Origin: Antedon mediterranea
Taxonomy: Eukaryota; Animalia; Echinodermata
Direction of reading: 5' to 3'
Length of the DNA stretch: 64,000 nucleotides
Assembly: GCF_964355755.1 (NCBI RefSeq)
Contig: NC_092670.1
Coordinates: 13,812,795 to 13,876,794, forward strand
Part shown: positions 11,506-23,800 of the stretch, one piece after another
Layout of the letters: every line of letters begins with the position of its first letter
Numbering within the stretch: the stretch's first letter is position 1
Notes under the pieces: model-generated
What the model was told of the DNA's origin: nothing
What the model saw: the letters and a program-made list of their open reading frames with translations, nothing else
Databases searched by the model: none
Made by a program: the position numbers and the translations under genes

Positions 11506-13371
11506 AATATAATAATATCAGACAGTTACTAGTATATACTGCATAATTTCGTTTTTATTTGACGCGTGCGTCGAAGTTTGTCTCTAGTAGGTAAAGTATT
11601 TTACTTGAATGCTCCTAATTGCGGACGACTCGTAATGTGATAGTTGTAAAGGTTTATTTTTAATGTGCATTAATTTATGATGATTTATTTAGGCAATATG
11701 TATATAAAAATGTCGATTTAGATATAGTAATAATTTCCGTAAGTTTCGCAACATTGTTAGTAGTTTAGTTTAATATTTGTTATTGTATGTGTACGTGTTT
11801 CTCTGTGTTCCCTCCTGTAAGTGGTGAACCATGAGTTCACTGTTGGTTGGGAAATGAAATAAATTTTTCTCAATTTTCGCTGTCGGCAAGAGACATTGTA
11901 TGATTGATTCCTTCTCTCTCATTTATGAAAGGAAAACAAATCGATAACTTCTGTTTTATTTTCTATTTCATAACAATAACCATCATTTTGAAAATGTAAT
12001 ATTTATGCTATAAAATAAATGAATTACTGAATTTACTATACTGTAGGATGTAATATATATTGTATTATTAAATACTATTTGCAAAATGTTCATTTCAAAT
12101 CAATTTAAAATCATTTATTCAGGAAAAAATACATACAACCAATCGAAAACTTATATACAAAACTATTCCACTGGACAAAATTCAAACTCCACTATATTAC
12201 TCCTTGCACTGGGCTTTTTGCCCTAAGTTGTCCTATTCTGTAATACTGCATATCCAGGTAGTAAAATGGGTAGTTGTCAGAGGGTATCAGTCCGGAGTAG
12301 TCGGTTGTCCAGGTCGGTTGTCTATTTTAACATTCCGGTTTGGTGGGAGAGGTTGGGGTGAACAGTCGTTCTGTAGAGTGAAGCCTAGTTTTCCACGTCC
12401 TGAGGATTGCCGTCTTATGAGGTAAATCCTCGACTTACAATCCATATCCACAGATACACCCCTACCCAAAAACAGTGTTCTTATACATTGCTAAACTATT
12501 GAATATCATTGTATATGCTAAACAGCAACGCGTTGAAACAGCAATGCATTGAAACAATACAACGCGTCGAAACAACAACATTACTTTAACCAACACTATT
12601 AGGAGAGTCTGTTACAGCGATATTTTTTATTGCTTTTGACAATCCGCCATCAGAATGGTGTCTTGGATTTTTTTTGTACTGTTAACTACAGTGTATATGT
12701 GCAATAGTACGCACTATTAAACGATCGTTTAATAGTACTTTTTTTCGTCTACGAAAAAAAAAATTTTTTTAGCGTTTGAAAAATATTTTGTCTTATACTA
12801 TTGCTTTTTAAATACAATAGCGCCACCTACTTTGTACTTTCGCCGCCATTTGAATATTATGAATGGTTTTTCGCGATGGAAGTACATTTCTGGAGAAATA
12901 CTAATTAAAACTAACTAATGTACTAATTTAGATCAAAAAGGCTTTAAAATTAGCTTTAGATCGTTTGTAGGATTTTTATTAATTAATGGGAACATCTCTA
13001 CAAGACGTGGATGAGTTCCAATTGTCTGTCGAAGCTAGTTAGTACTAGGTCTAGCCTAGGCCTAGACCTGTTAGTATTAGGCTAGGCCTATAGCCTAGGC
13101 GTTTTAGCCTTGCTAGGCCTAGGATTGTTTGGTCGTTTGTTGACATAATTAACACTAAAGTATGTGTGTTTATAAAATCCATATAAATATAACATTTAAT
13201 ATAATATTATTAAAAACCAAATGTTACTGTTTTAATGAATGTGAATCAAATGTAGGAGGCCAGACTAGGGCTACCTTTTATTTGATTCAATTGACAGGAA
13301 TAGATTTAGATGTTATATAAAACAAATAATGAATGTTTTATATTCGTGTAATGGTACACATAATGGCAATT

Positions 13372-13440
13372 GGTGAATGATGAAAGGTTAAATATCAACT
13401 CGGCTTTGCCTCGTTGATATATAATCTTTCATCATTCACC
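13372..13440. repeat. Near-perfect hairpin (palindromic MITE core)
   Basis: GGTGAATGATGAAAGGTTAAATATCAACTCGGC-TTT-GCCTCGTTGATATATAATCTTTCATCATTCACC. Confidence 0.7.
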
Positions 13441-13944
13441 TCATTCATTATTTGTATATTATATCATAATAATTGTATCTACATTATCATCATAATAATA
13501 AATACTGTGTATCCAAGTAGTGAAATTAAACGGTCAATTAAATGTATTATTCAGCAAAAATAGTTAACTTGCATCAATCAAAAGACAAATACTATTATGT
13601 ACTACCGGAAACTATCCTGCACTTCAGGGTTGACATAAGATAGTTATGTACCGTAAATTAGTTGTGTATTATTTTCATATTATTTCTATTTTCCAAGTCT
13701 TTGGAAAATGTACTCAATGCATAACAAATATTTTGGATATGTGAATTTTTCAAGAAAAACTTAAATACCTCAACATCACAGAGTATAACACTATTCCTTT
13801 ATTATGTTGGCTAATCCAAGCTAATTTTTTTTGGCACGCAGTGGCGCTCGCGATACGAACTATACTATATTCGTATAAACTTATGACTCGTGTGGCATAA
13901 GTCGTGGAATGTCATAGTTGTATACACTTGTGTGTCTATTAGAG

Positions 13945-14590
13945 GAGGAGTGCCATTCTTTTTTTATGTAACGAGAAAGGTAAAGCTAATTTTTGGATTA
14001 GTATTTACAAACCAACAAAGTGAGTAGCTTCTCTATTGAACTTAAAATATAAGTAGGGCATACCGTATTTTCTGGAATTGAATAAAAGTTTAACACTGAC
14101 ATTAATTCGATAGCATAAAGGCACAAAGTTAAATGAACTTTGGAACATTTTAACCAAACAGTAGCCTATTTGTTACACAAAATAATTCGCCAAACTGTAC
14201 TCCAGGTACGCATATGTTTAGTTAGGTACCGTAAATGTTTTGTGTATTATCGTCTTATTATATTTCTTAAATAATAGGGCTGTAACAAAAATGTCATCAA
14301 TACCTCGATGTTCATTGTAGGCTTATACAATTGTATTTTTAGGGAGTGCCATTCTGTTGATGTAACAAGAAGGGTAAAGCTACGTTTGTATTTTATGGAT
14401 TAGTAATTACAGTACAAACCTATCAAGCGAGTAGCTTCTCTATTGAAAATGACGATTCAAAAATATAAGTAACCGTGTTTTGAATGAAAGTTTAATACTG
14501 ACATTAATTCGATAGCCTAAAGGCAAGACAAAGTAAAATGAACTTTAAAATGATCCAAACATTAGCCTATCCGTATGTTACACAAAACAT
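13945..14590. repeat. Diverged direct duplication (~250 bp units)
   Basis: GGAGTGCCATTCT...GGTAAAGCTA...GAGTAGCTTCTCTATTGAA...ACTGACATTAATTCGATAGC occurs at ~13947-14180 and ~14343-14585. Confidence 0.75.
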
Positions 14591-14643
14591 CATGTTCGTA
14601 GTATAATGTATAGTTATTTGAATTGGACAAACGGCAGGCTTAA

Positions 14644-14809
14644 AAGTCCAATTTACACAGACGAGCGGAAAACCGAGTAGCTTGTCCCACGTAGATCTCT
14701 GTATATCTATCCTGAATGGAAACCGACCGTACGCTCCGCGCTTTGTGTAAATGGTCATACGGGATAGCATAGATTCTATATGTTACCCATCGTCTGTGTA
14801 AATTGGCCT
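14644..14809. mobile_element. MITE (PIF/Harbinger-like)
   Basis: TIR A(A/G)(T/G)CCAATTTACACAGACGA ... TCGTCTGTGTAAATTGGCCT, flanked by TAA/TTA. Confidence 0.65.
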
Positions 14810-14971
14810 TTACACTTCGATCATCCTTACATCGAATCTATTTTTCTTTAACGTTCTTTACAAATGTGTACGTTACCTATATAGTTATAGGTCAAAGCAC
14901 CAACAGTGCTGATAAAGTATGTTTCCATTTGATCAAATACAAATAACTGGTGAAATCTTCATTTATATATA

Positions 14972-15514
14972 CTAGAGGGTGAGCTAGCTCGCTTCGCTCG
15001 CTCCCCCTCTAGGAAGTGTAGACGATGGTTCTCGGAATGATAATGTTCTCCTTATACATTTTCTGTCGGTTACCATTATTGAAAATGCTTGACATTCGTA
15101 AAACTAAACTACTTTGTTTCACAGTGTTTTAGATGATTAATAGCATTTTAAAGTATAGTTTTTATTGTTTGGTAGGGCCCTTTGGGGAGGCGGAGGTCAT
15201 TTGAGGGAGGTGCTTATTCGAGGGATATATGTTAAATTTTATAAATAGTTTTAATAATATGGTAACATTTATAATCAAATGAAATCCTCTAATACAGTAG
15301 ATATGAAAAGTGGTAAAAAAGAATAACAAAATTAATGCTTGGTAAATTTTGTAGATAACAGTGCGGTGAATTCTACTACAAATAGTATAATTGTGTTATT
15401 ATAAATATGTGGATGGACGTTTATTAGATAGTTGGGTTGGGGGGGGGGGGGGTTATTATTCAAAGTGATGTTTTATTGGAGAGGCGTTTATTCAAATGAA
15501 TACCATCCTAATAA

Positions 15515-15547
<33 letters not shown>

Positions 15548-16350
15548 ATTAATACATTATTTAATTTAATCATCTTTTGAAACTGCCGTAACAGAGTGGG
15601 CCCAAGAAAGAAGACATTACGGCTTGCAACATGGGCAGACATCTCGGTCCTAACGGGACACAGGAAGATAGCCTACAGTTATTCCTGCAAGCTTACTCAA
15701 TAAAACTCAGCTATCGGGATTTCACTCGAAAAATGTCTTATCATCAAATCTCCCTATGTAATTTTATAATACTATTCCCCACAATATATTCTGATTCTTT
15801 ATGACGTATATTTAATTTGATCTTTATGAATTTGCAGTATAATTTAACTACTGTACCTTCACACACGCGTGGTATGTTTTAAAATAAAAAAAAAACTGAA
15901 ATGGCTATGACTAATGGCCTACTATCTGATTTTTTTTTCGTCTTCCAAAGGGACACTGTATTGATTGATGGAAAGTGCCTGTTTCCAGTCACCTTTAGGG
16001 TCAAATCTATTATTTTAACTGCTCCCTTGTGTTTAAAAGAGAGAAAATATTTGAAACCAGGTCGTTGCAAGGTGAACTTATCTTAAACCCGGAAATTACT
16101 TTGACCGGGAAGAATTGAAATTGAGAGGAAAATCTATGTTGAAATCATAAATGTTGTTAAAAAACTCTTTATAATATCTTCCTAAGATATAAATATGGAA
16201 CAATAGCGTCGGCGTGAACACTAATGTTATCAAATCTACGTTTCGCAGTACATCTCGGATAGATAAGGTAGGTATCCAAGGCGGAGATTTGTACCGAAGT
16301 TTTTGCATTGTGCTCGCCTATGTCAGAATTAACCATAATTTATATATAGA
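14972..16350 (-). mobile_element. Non-autonomous Helitron
   Basis: Minus strand begins A|TCTATATATAAA at 16350 and ends ...CTAG|T at 14972. GC-rich subterminal hairpin CTAGAGGGTGAGC...GCTCCCCCTCTAG at 14972-15012. No TSD; inserted between A and T. Confidence 0.65.
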
Positions 16351-16353
16351 TTA

Positions 16354-16525
16354 TTCCCACTAGAAAGTAACGCAAGGACGTAAACGCAACGCAAACGTTT
16401 TAACCAATGACAAGCGAAGTTATAGACAGTTAGCAATCACAAGCGAATAAGCCATCGCTTGTGATTGGTCAATTCACTTGCGTTGCGTTACGTCCTTGTG
16501 TTGCGTCGCTAGTGGGAACCACGCT
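16354..16525. mobile_element. Harbinger-type MITE family A copy (left end truncated)
   Basis: TTCCCACTAG...ACGCAACGCAA...CCAATGACAAGCG...CGCTTGTGATTGG...CTAGTGGGAACCACGCT. Confidence 0.8.
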
Positions 16526-16915
16526 TACTATATGGAATTTGAACTTTATAAATAAATACACTGAAGGTAATGGAAACAAACTGAAACTATTTGTTGAATC
16601 ATCGTAATTATTTTGTCAAATATAAATTATTCACTCAACCCGAAACATTTAATTACCGCTCTCAAACTACACTAAAGAATAATAGAGAGTTATTTACTGT
16701 CTCAAAATGATGTTTCAGTACACCGCGTAACCGCTTAATATAGACTATTGTCGCGATAAGTATTGTTACGATCCGGTGATTTATTAATAATCTTTATTTC
16801 GATCCGTCAAAAAAGAAAACATCGCGTTGAATCTTCACCGCGTTGGAACATCATTGGATTGAAACGTCGACTAGTAAAGTTATTCCATTAAAATTAAAGT
16901 TCCTGTACTCTCTAA

Positions 16916-17112
16916 AGCTTGGTTCCCACTAGCGACGCAACCTACGCAACGTAAGAAAATGTCCTTCCAATAATTGTGTTTGCCCCCGCCTGCGTGAAAT
17001 CAAACCTGTGATTTCTGCAGCACTGTTGCGCCGTCGGTTCCCACTTGTGATTACGCAATACATCACTTTGCGTCAATACGTCGTTGCGTTGCGTTCTAGT
17101 TGGAAACACGCT
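16916..17112. mobile_element. Harbinger-type MITE, family A-related subfamily
   Basis: TIR AGCTTGGTTCCCACTAG ... CTAGTTGGAAACACGCT with a different internal sequence. Confidence 0.7.
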
Positions 17113-17292
17113 TTCATTCATTCATTCATTCATTCATTCGCTTTAATTTGATGGCAGACAATCTGCAGCGAATAACACTCACACGCGCCAAACTATTAAT
17201 AATTAATCAATATTCTGCCTAATTTTTTAATATTTTACATTATTTTCAATTCAGTCTTTCGTAATAAATATTATTAATTCTTGTACAAGTAA

Positions 17293-17471
17293 AGCGTGGT
17301 TCCCACTAGCGACGCAACGCAAGGACGTAACGCAACGCAAGTGAATTGACCAATCACAAGCGATGGATTATTCGCTTGTGATTGCTAACTGTCTATAACT
17401 TCGCTTGTCATTGGTTAAAACGCTTGCGTTGCGTTTACGTCCTTGCGTTACGTTCTATTGGGAACCAAGTT
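17293..17471. mobile_element. Harbinger-type MITE family A copy, inverted relative to the 16354 copy
   Basis: TIRs AGCGTGGTTCCCACTAG / CTATTGGGAACCAAGTT with TAA target-site duplication. Confidence 0.85.
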
Positions 17472-17804
17472 TAAGGTAAATCACGACTACACTGAAAGGT
17501 AAATATAACAGTAACTTTAGCCGTAGGTTATTTACCCGCATTTTACGCGTGAGTTACTCTACGCACTTTCTACATGAAGAACCCTGGATTTTAGGACATA
17601 CCTCGCTTATAATACCTATTTAGATTAATCAACCGAACGCAAAAGGGCTTGGCAAATGACAGATAAAGATACCTTTATGATGCTAATACGCGTTCTATGA
17701 ATTAGTACAACAGTTATATACTCCTTTGAAATACTATTTCATGTTATTCCACCTGAAGGCTGCAGTCTTTCGGATGTGGTGCGGAGTTTGCAAAAACTTT
17801 TAAA

Positions 17805-20800
17805 ATGGACTCTTTAGTACTTCATGTTGTATTGTTTTGTCTGCTTGTGGGAATTGCATACTCGCAGAATAACAGTAAGATGCATTACGTTGTTTGATTT
17901 TAAGTAATTAATAATTATTTCATAGAGAGTAATTCATTCATTCATCCATTTTATAACATTTTTAATATTATTTATAATATAAATAATATTACAAATGTAT
18001 ATATATATATATATATATATTATTATATTATAATAATAATTTTTATATTATAGGGCTAGTGTTGCCCGAAAGCTCTGCTACCTTTTATTTATTTACTTTG
18101 ATTTGATTTAGCTTTTCGCTTTATTTTTTGTATCTCCATTGAGATCCAGCATTGTCATTTTTTTTCAGGAATTTACCTTTGGATTTATGTTATATTGTAT
18201 TATATTATTGTATAAATATTATTTGTTGTACTACAGTCATTGTATTACTAGCGGTTCTATTTTTATTTCATTTTTACATTCACGTTACATCCATGAATAA
18301 TATTTTATCTGCATAATATGTTTACGCAACCGACAAGAACAATGGTTTACTTATGATTAACAATCAGTTTTAAACCTATTGAGCACAAAATAGCCCATGT
18401 AGATAATAAGTATCGGTTTTAAATTCCAGATATATAACATTTATTTAGACCAATAAAAGAATAAAAACATAATAAGATAAAAATGATAATTACAAATTCA
18501 TGAGATAATTTGTCTCGCAATGACTACTTACCTTAAACAGAAATTGTTAATTAGGCCTAGATGGTAAGATTCCACATATTATTATACTTTATTTTCCTTC
18601 TTAAATGGTATTAGGCCTTGCTCAACTTTGAAATCACTGATGTAGTTATATTCAATTCAATTTCAATATAATTTTCATAAGATACGGTACATCATAACAA
18701 TAATCCCCTCCCCTGCCTCTAATACAATCTGAAATTTCCACCATTGAAATGTCCAAAGAAAACCTTTTAATTGACCAGCACCTTTTTGTCGAGTTGCTAC
18801 TTAGCAAAAGAATACAAAAACCATTCGCGCGCTATTAACCACATTATATAGTTCCTACCCCATTCCGTTCTAATTGAATGACCAGACTGAATCAACTAAT
18901 CAACCAAGTGGGCTTGGAAAAATGTCAGACAATATGATATTGTGTTGACAATTTAATAGAGGCTGTTCTTAGTATGTACCTATTCATGAATATGATCCAG
19001 GGTAAATTATCCAGGGATGCTGAAAACTGAATTTTGCGATATATACATCCCACTCTACGATGTCGATAAGAAAAATGGCATATGAAAATAGATTTCACTT
19101 GATGCTATGTGAATATGTTAAGTGACTGTACGATGAAGTTGGCGCACGCGTAGAAATCCCACACAATTGCCAAATATGTGTTATTTTTGTTTCATTGTTA
19201 CATTGTTGCATTAACGTATAAAATCGTGTTTTTGTTTTGTCGCGGGTGCATGGTCAGTCCTGTAAAACATCAACGGCATTGCAGTTGAAATCATCGTCGT
19301 GGTCGTCGTCGTCGTCAAAGCAAACTCTGATCAGTATTCTGAAACCATCTCCTGTCTTCTGCCATTCTACTTGCTTGCTCCATAGAGCCAAACACATCTG
19401 TTATAGTCTTTTCCCATTTGCATCTTGGTCATCCTCATCTTCTCTTCCCTGGAATATAAGCCTAAAATAATTTTGACTTCAAAAACTATCGTGGGATATA
19501 TTATTAAACAAAATAAATGAAAATTGCTAGATGAACGCAGAGACTACGCTCTTGCTTGTATTATGTACAAATGTATGGTATTGCACCTCCCCGCCTGTGC
19601 AACGATATTGAAATGGTTTACGACCAACATGGATACTCTACGAGATATTCCCAATCTCTGAATGTTATACCACCTATGCCAAATTGCTTATTAATGAACG
19701 GATCGCTAAAGATTGCAGGAGCAAAAGCTTGGAATAAGATCCCTGTATAAATTCAAGATAGTTTGTCTGTAAGTTTTACAATTAATTATAAAAAGCATTT
19801 CTTAAAAAAATAATTGTATTTCCACACGTTTTATTATTAACGTTCTATATTCACTGATTGTTATATTAATTTTTTTTCTTGTGTTTTTTTTAAAGTTGTT
19901 TCATTGCAGGACCATATTGAAAAACAGAAATGTTGTGATATTTTCTTTTCTGAATTATGTTATCCTGCCTAAATATGTTTAAATAAATAAATAAATAAAA
20001 TAAAAAACACTCTCTTCTCCATTCCATCTTGCCGCTTAATGTGTCCATATTAACAACGTTAAAACAAAGTCCTAGTTTGTTTGGTTTGTAAGTTGTTTGT
20101 TTGTTGATTCGATGTTCGTTTCTGCTAACTGAAATGTTCCGTGTATTTGTAACTAACATCTGTCATAATGTATGTTAATATTTCGATGATAGGTATATGA
20201 GAAGAAACCAAACGAAAAAGTGTACAGGAGAATACATGTGCAGCAATGTTTCAAATAGATACAAACAACACGTGGTTTGCAATATTTTGACCAATACCGT
20301 GCTAGGACAGACAAATTTAAACTATTTTTAGCGGTAATGGAGTGCGTGCGTGCGTATAAACTATAGTTTGTCTCGTATTAGAGATTGGAAGCATTGGCCT
20401 ATCACTTGTTTGTTATATCCTATAAGTACAATCGGTAACACAAAAGTGAACACAACGTGTTTTCTAAAACCCATAGAGGAAGGAAAATACTTCTTTGAAA
20501 ACAAACAAATTAGTTGGTTGAAGTTTCAAATAATTGGTTGCATAACAGTTGCTGCTGATGATAGATTGTCTGGTGTAACTGTTTTATTCTATTCATATTT
20601 TCTGTTCAAATTTTAGTTTACTGTGACAACAACCCCTGTCAAAATGGTGGACAGTGTAGGCACTCTGGTACATACTACGAGTGCGTTTGTTCGCAAGGCT
20701 TTATTGGATACAACTGTGAAAGTCTCTCCGTATCGGGATGCTCTACTAATCTATGTCAAAACGGCGGAATGTGTGTCGACCTGCAATCTGGAAGCTACAG

Positions 20801-23800
20801 TTGCACATGCACAACTTGTTTTACTGGTACTAATTGTGAAACAGGTAGGCTTATATATATATATATATATATATATATTACTAAAATTGCCAAAGTTAAG
20901 AAAGATACTAGACCCGCCTATAACTTAAAATCTAGAAGATTAACAAATCTTTCATTTACAACTTTTGGTTTTTATTAAACTTGAACCATAAAAATGGAAG
21001 TTGTTACCTGGTCAAATATGTCTGACCTGAACATTTATTTGACTCAATATATATTTTTCGTTAAAAAATATGCTAGATTAATAATTAAGTAGTTGAATAA
21101 AGTAGGCCTTATTTACTAAATAGTATTACAGCTTGCAAAATGTTTTTTCCTTCTGTTATGTACCGAGTAGCCATAGCGAGCTGCAACCTTAGCCCGTGCT
21201 CTAGTAATCCATGCCAAAACGGCGGGGCCTGCAGTGTCGACCAGCAATCTGGAAGCTACAGTTGCGTATGCACATCTTGTTATACTGGCACTAATTGTGA
21301 AACAGGTAGGCCTATGCTTCCTATATATCGTTTTGCATAAAATACAGTTTAAAGTTAAGTAAACTAAATATAATCTGCTAGGCTATGAATTGTAAAGAAT
21401 GAGAATATGTGATAGTGAACAAAGTCGCCATTTTGTAAAGATTCGAACTGTGGTCTTTTGTCTGTTGCACGATATTATCTGGGATGATGGAGCTATCATT
21501 GAATATATTTTAGTAACAATTTGTGCTATTCGTTTTTATTTTTGGTTCACCTCAGATTACTAGTATGTGCCGGGATTAGATCAGTTATTGTTACTACTTT
21601 AAAATGATTAAAACACAATAATCAATGTAAACTTGTATTGATATCTTTTGGTTTTATTAAACTTTAACCTTGTGTTGTGTAACACATAAAAATGGAACAT
21701 TGAATGAAGTTACCGAAAGGTACCTTGATCAAACTTAACACAAGATATTTTTCCGACTCTATAAAAACACGTATGCTAGATTATTATCCGAATTAGTACG
21801 GAAAAAATATAATTGCTGCCCATCGGAAAAACTGGGATAAGAGACAGACTAAATAGTATTGTATAATAATATAGCCTACAAATACAATGTGTTCTAAATA
21901 CCTATTTTGTTTTGTACTGAATAGCCATACAGATATGTACCCCTAACCCGTGCCTAAATGGAGGTGTTTGCCTTAATAGCCAGACATGTACTTCGTTTTT
22001 CTGCAGCTGCCTAACTGGTTACAGTGGTTCCATTTGTGAAGTGGGTAAGTGTCAAAAGGAGTAGTCCTTTTAATGTGTATTGTCCACTCGTTCTGCTATC
22101 ATTACGAAATGTTGAGTGGCTGCCCATAGAACGGCACCGAAACAGTATATAATAATTAATAATAATTATATAAATATTAAATTCATTCCTCTTTGAGGTT
22201 ACATATTAAATTGTGCTTTTATTTACAATATACAAAAATGTCAAAAAATATGTAAAACGTCTTCACAATGTTATACTGTTACATGACCTATATTTAAAGA
22301 GTGAGAGACTTAACAATCATTGGGCCATATTAATAAAAGAAAAATTGAAACTCGCGAATGTTTTTACCAAAAATATTGCACATGTTACATTTTGTTTGAA
22401 CTATAAGCATATAATAGTTTAAATAAATTAATGAAACACATCATTTAGTTACTGCACTATGTTGTTACAGCTCTATTTTCCGGATAATTACATTGTATTC
22501 ATGTCATATATATTTGATGTTCTGCATACGTGTCTAGAAAATAATGTAAACATATTTTTAGGTGGTAACGACGCATGTAGAAATTCACCATGTCAGAATA
22601 GCGGAACCTGTATTCCTATGACCGACACAACTTACATGTGTTTGTGTGCGAACGGCTTCATTGGAGAGGATTGTTCATTAAGACGTAAGTTAACCAAAAA
22701 TGTATCGACTATTTATTTATTTTCTTTTTTTATTTGCTTTTTTTTTATTTGTTAAATTTGAAAAATCTAACATTATCCAAAAGCACTTGGATCAATTACA
22801 ATATCAAAATATATAATATGCACTGTACATGATACAAGTGCAATATACAAGTACAAGATACAAATTTTACAATTTTGAGATGTTTTGTACCATAGTAGAT
22901 CATTAAATAATACAAAGTGATAAATATTTAAATGAATGCCGGTACAAGTTACTATCTTCTAAAGTTTTGATTAAATAAATTGCATGCCATATGCAGTGTT
23001 GAAAATCTGAAACGGTTTGTGCAAATCGTTTTCTGTGTCAGTCTAGCTCTTCCTGGGCAAGGGAGACCAGCAATGTAATGTTATACTACAATACAAAATG
23101 TTGCTCAGATTGAAATCCAACTGCGACAAAATGGCACTATTAAAGTATGTAACAAAAAAAATTTTCCTCGAAAGAAATATCGTGTCTTCACCTGTCTTGG
23201 TGCAAGAGAAGTATAATACGGTCCCTATCACTTTCCTTCCTCTATAAATATCCCCTTTAAAAATAAATTTTTTTTTAATTGCATTGAATTGTAAAAGTAA
23301 ACCCTGCTCATTTGTTGATAAACATGTCAAATAACTAGACCTCCATTTAAATCTCCAGTCATAGACCCTTGCGAGAATCACCTTTGTCAAAATGGAGCTG
23401 ACTGTGCACCGGTTCCGGGTTCGTGTACTGCATACATGTGTACCGACTGCCCAGCTTGCTTCTCTGGAGAATTCTGCCATGAAGGTAAGTACAGAAAACC
23501 TTGGGAAAGAGTGACATGGGTGTAGACCATTGTGGACAGTTTAAGATCGGTTTGAGTAGTAGGCCTAATAGTATCTATCCTGCTGGATTTAGAGGTCAAC
23601 GTGTTTTCTAAACACAGAAGATTCTCGTCCTGTGTCGCAAAGATAAAAAATGGAAGACGCTGTTTATTTTTTTTTAAACATAAATTAACACATTTTTGTT
23701 TAAAACTAATCCATGTTATTGTACATTTACCGTAACAAAGAATGCGTTGCTCTTATTTGCTGAAGTATATTTAACTAATTAAATTACAGAATGTCATCAC

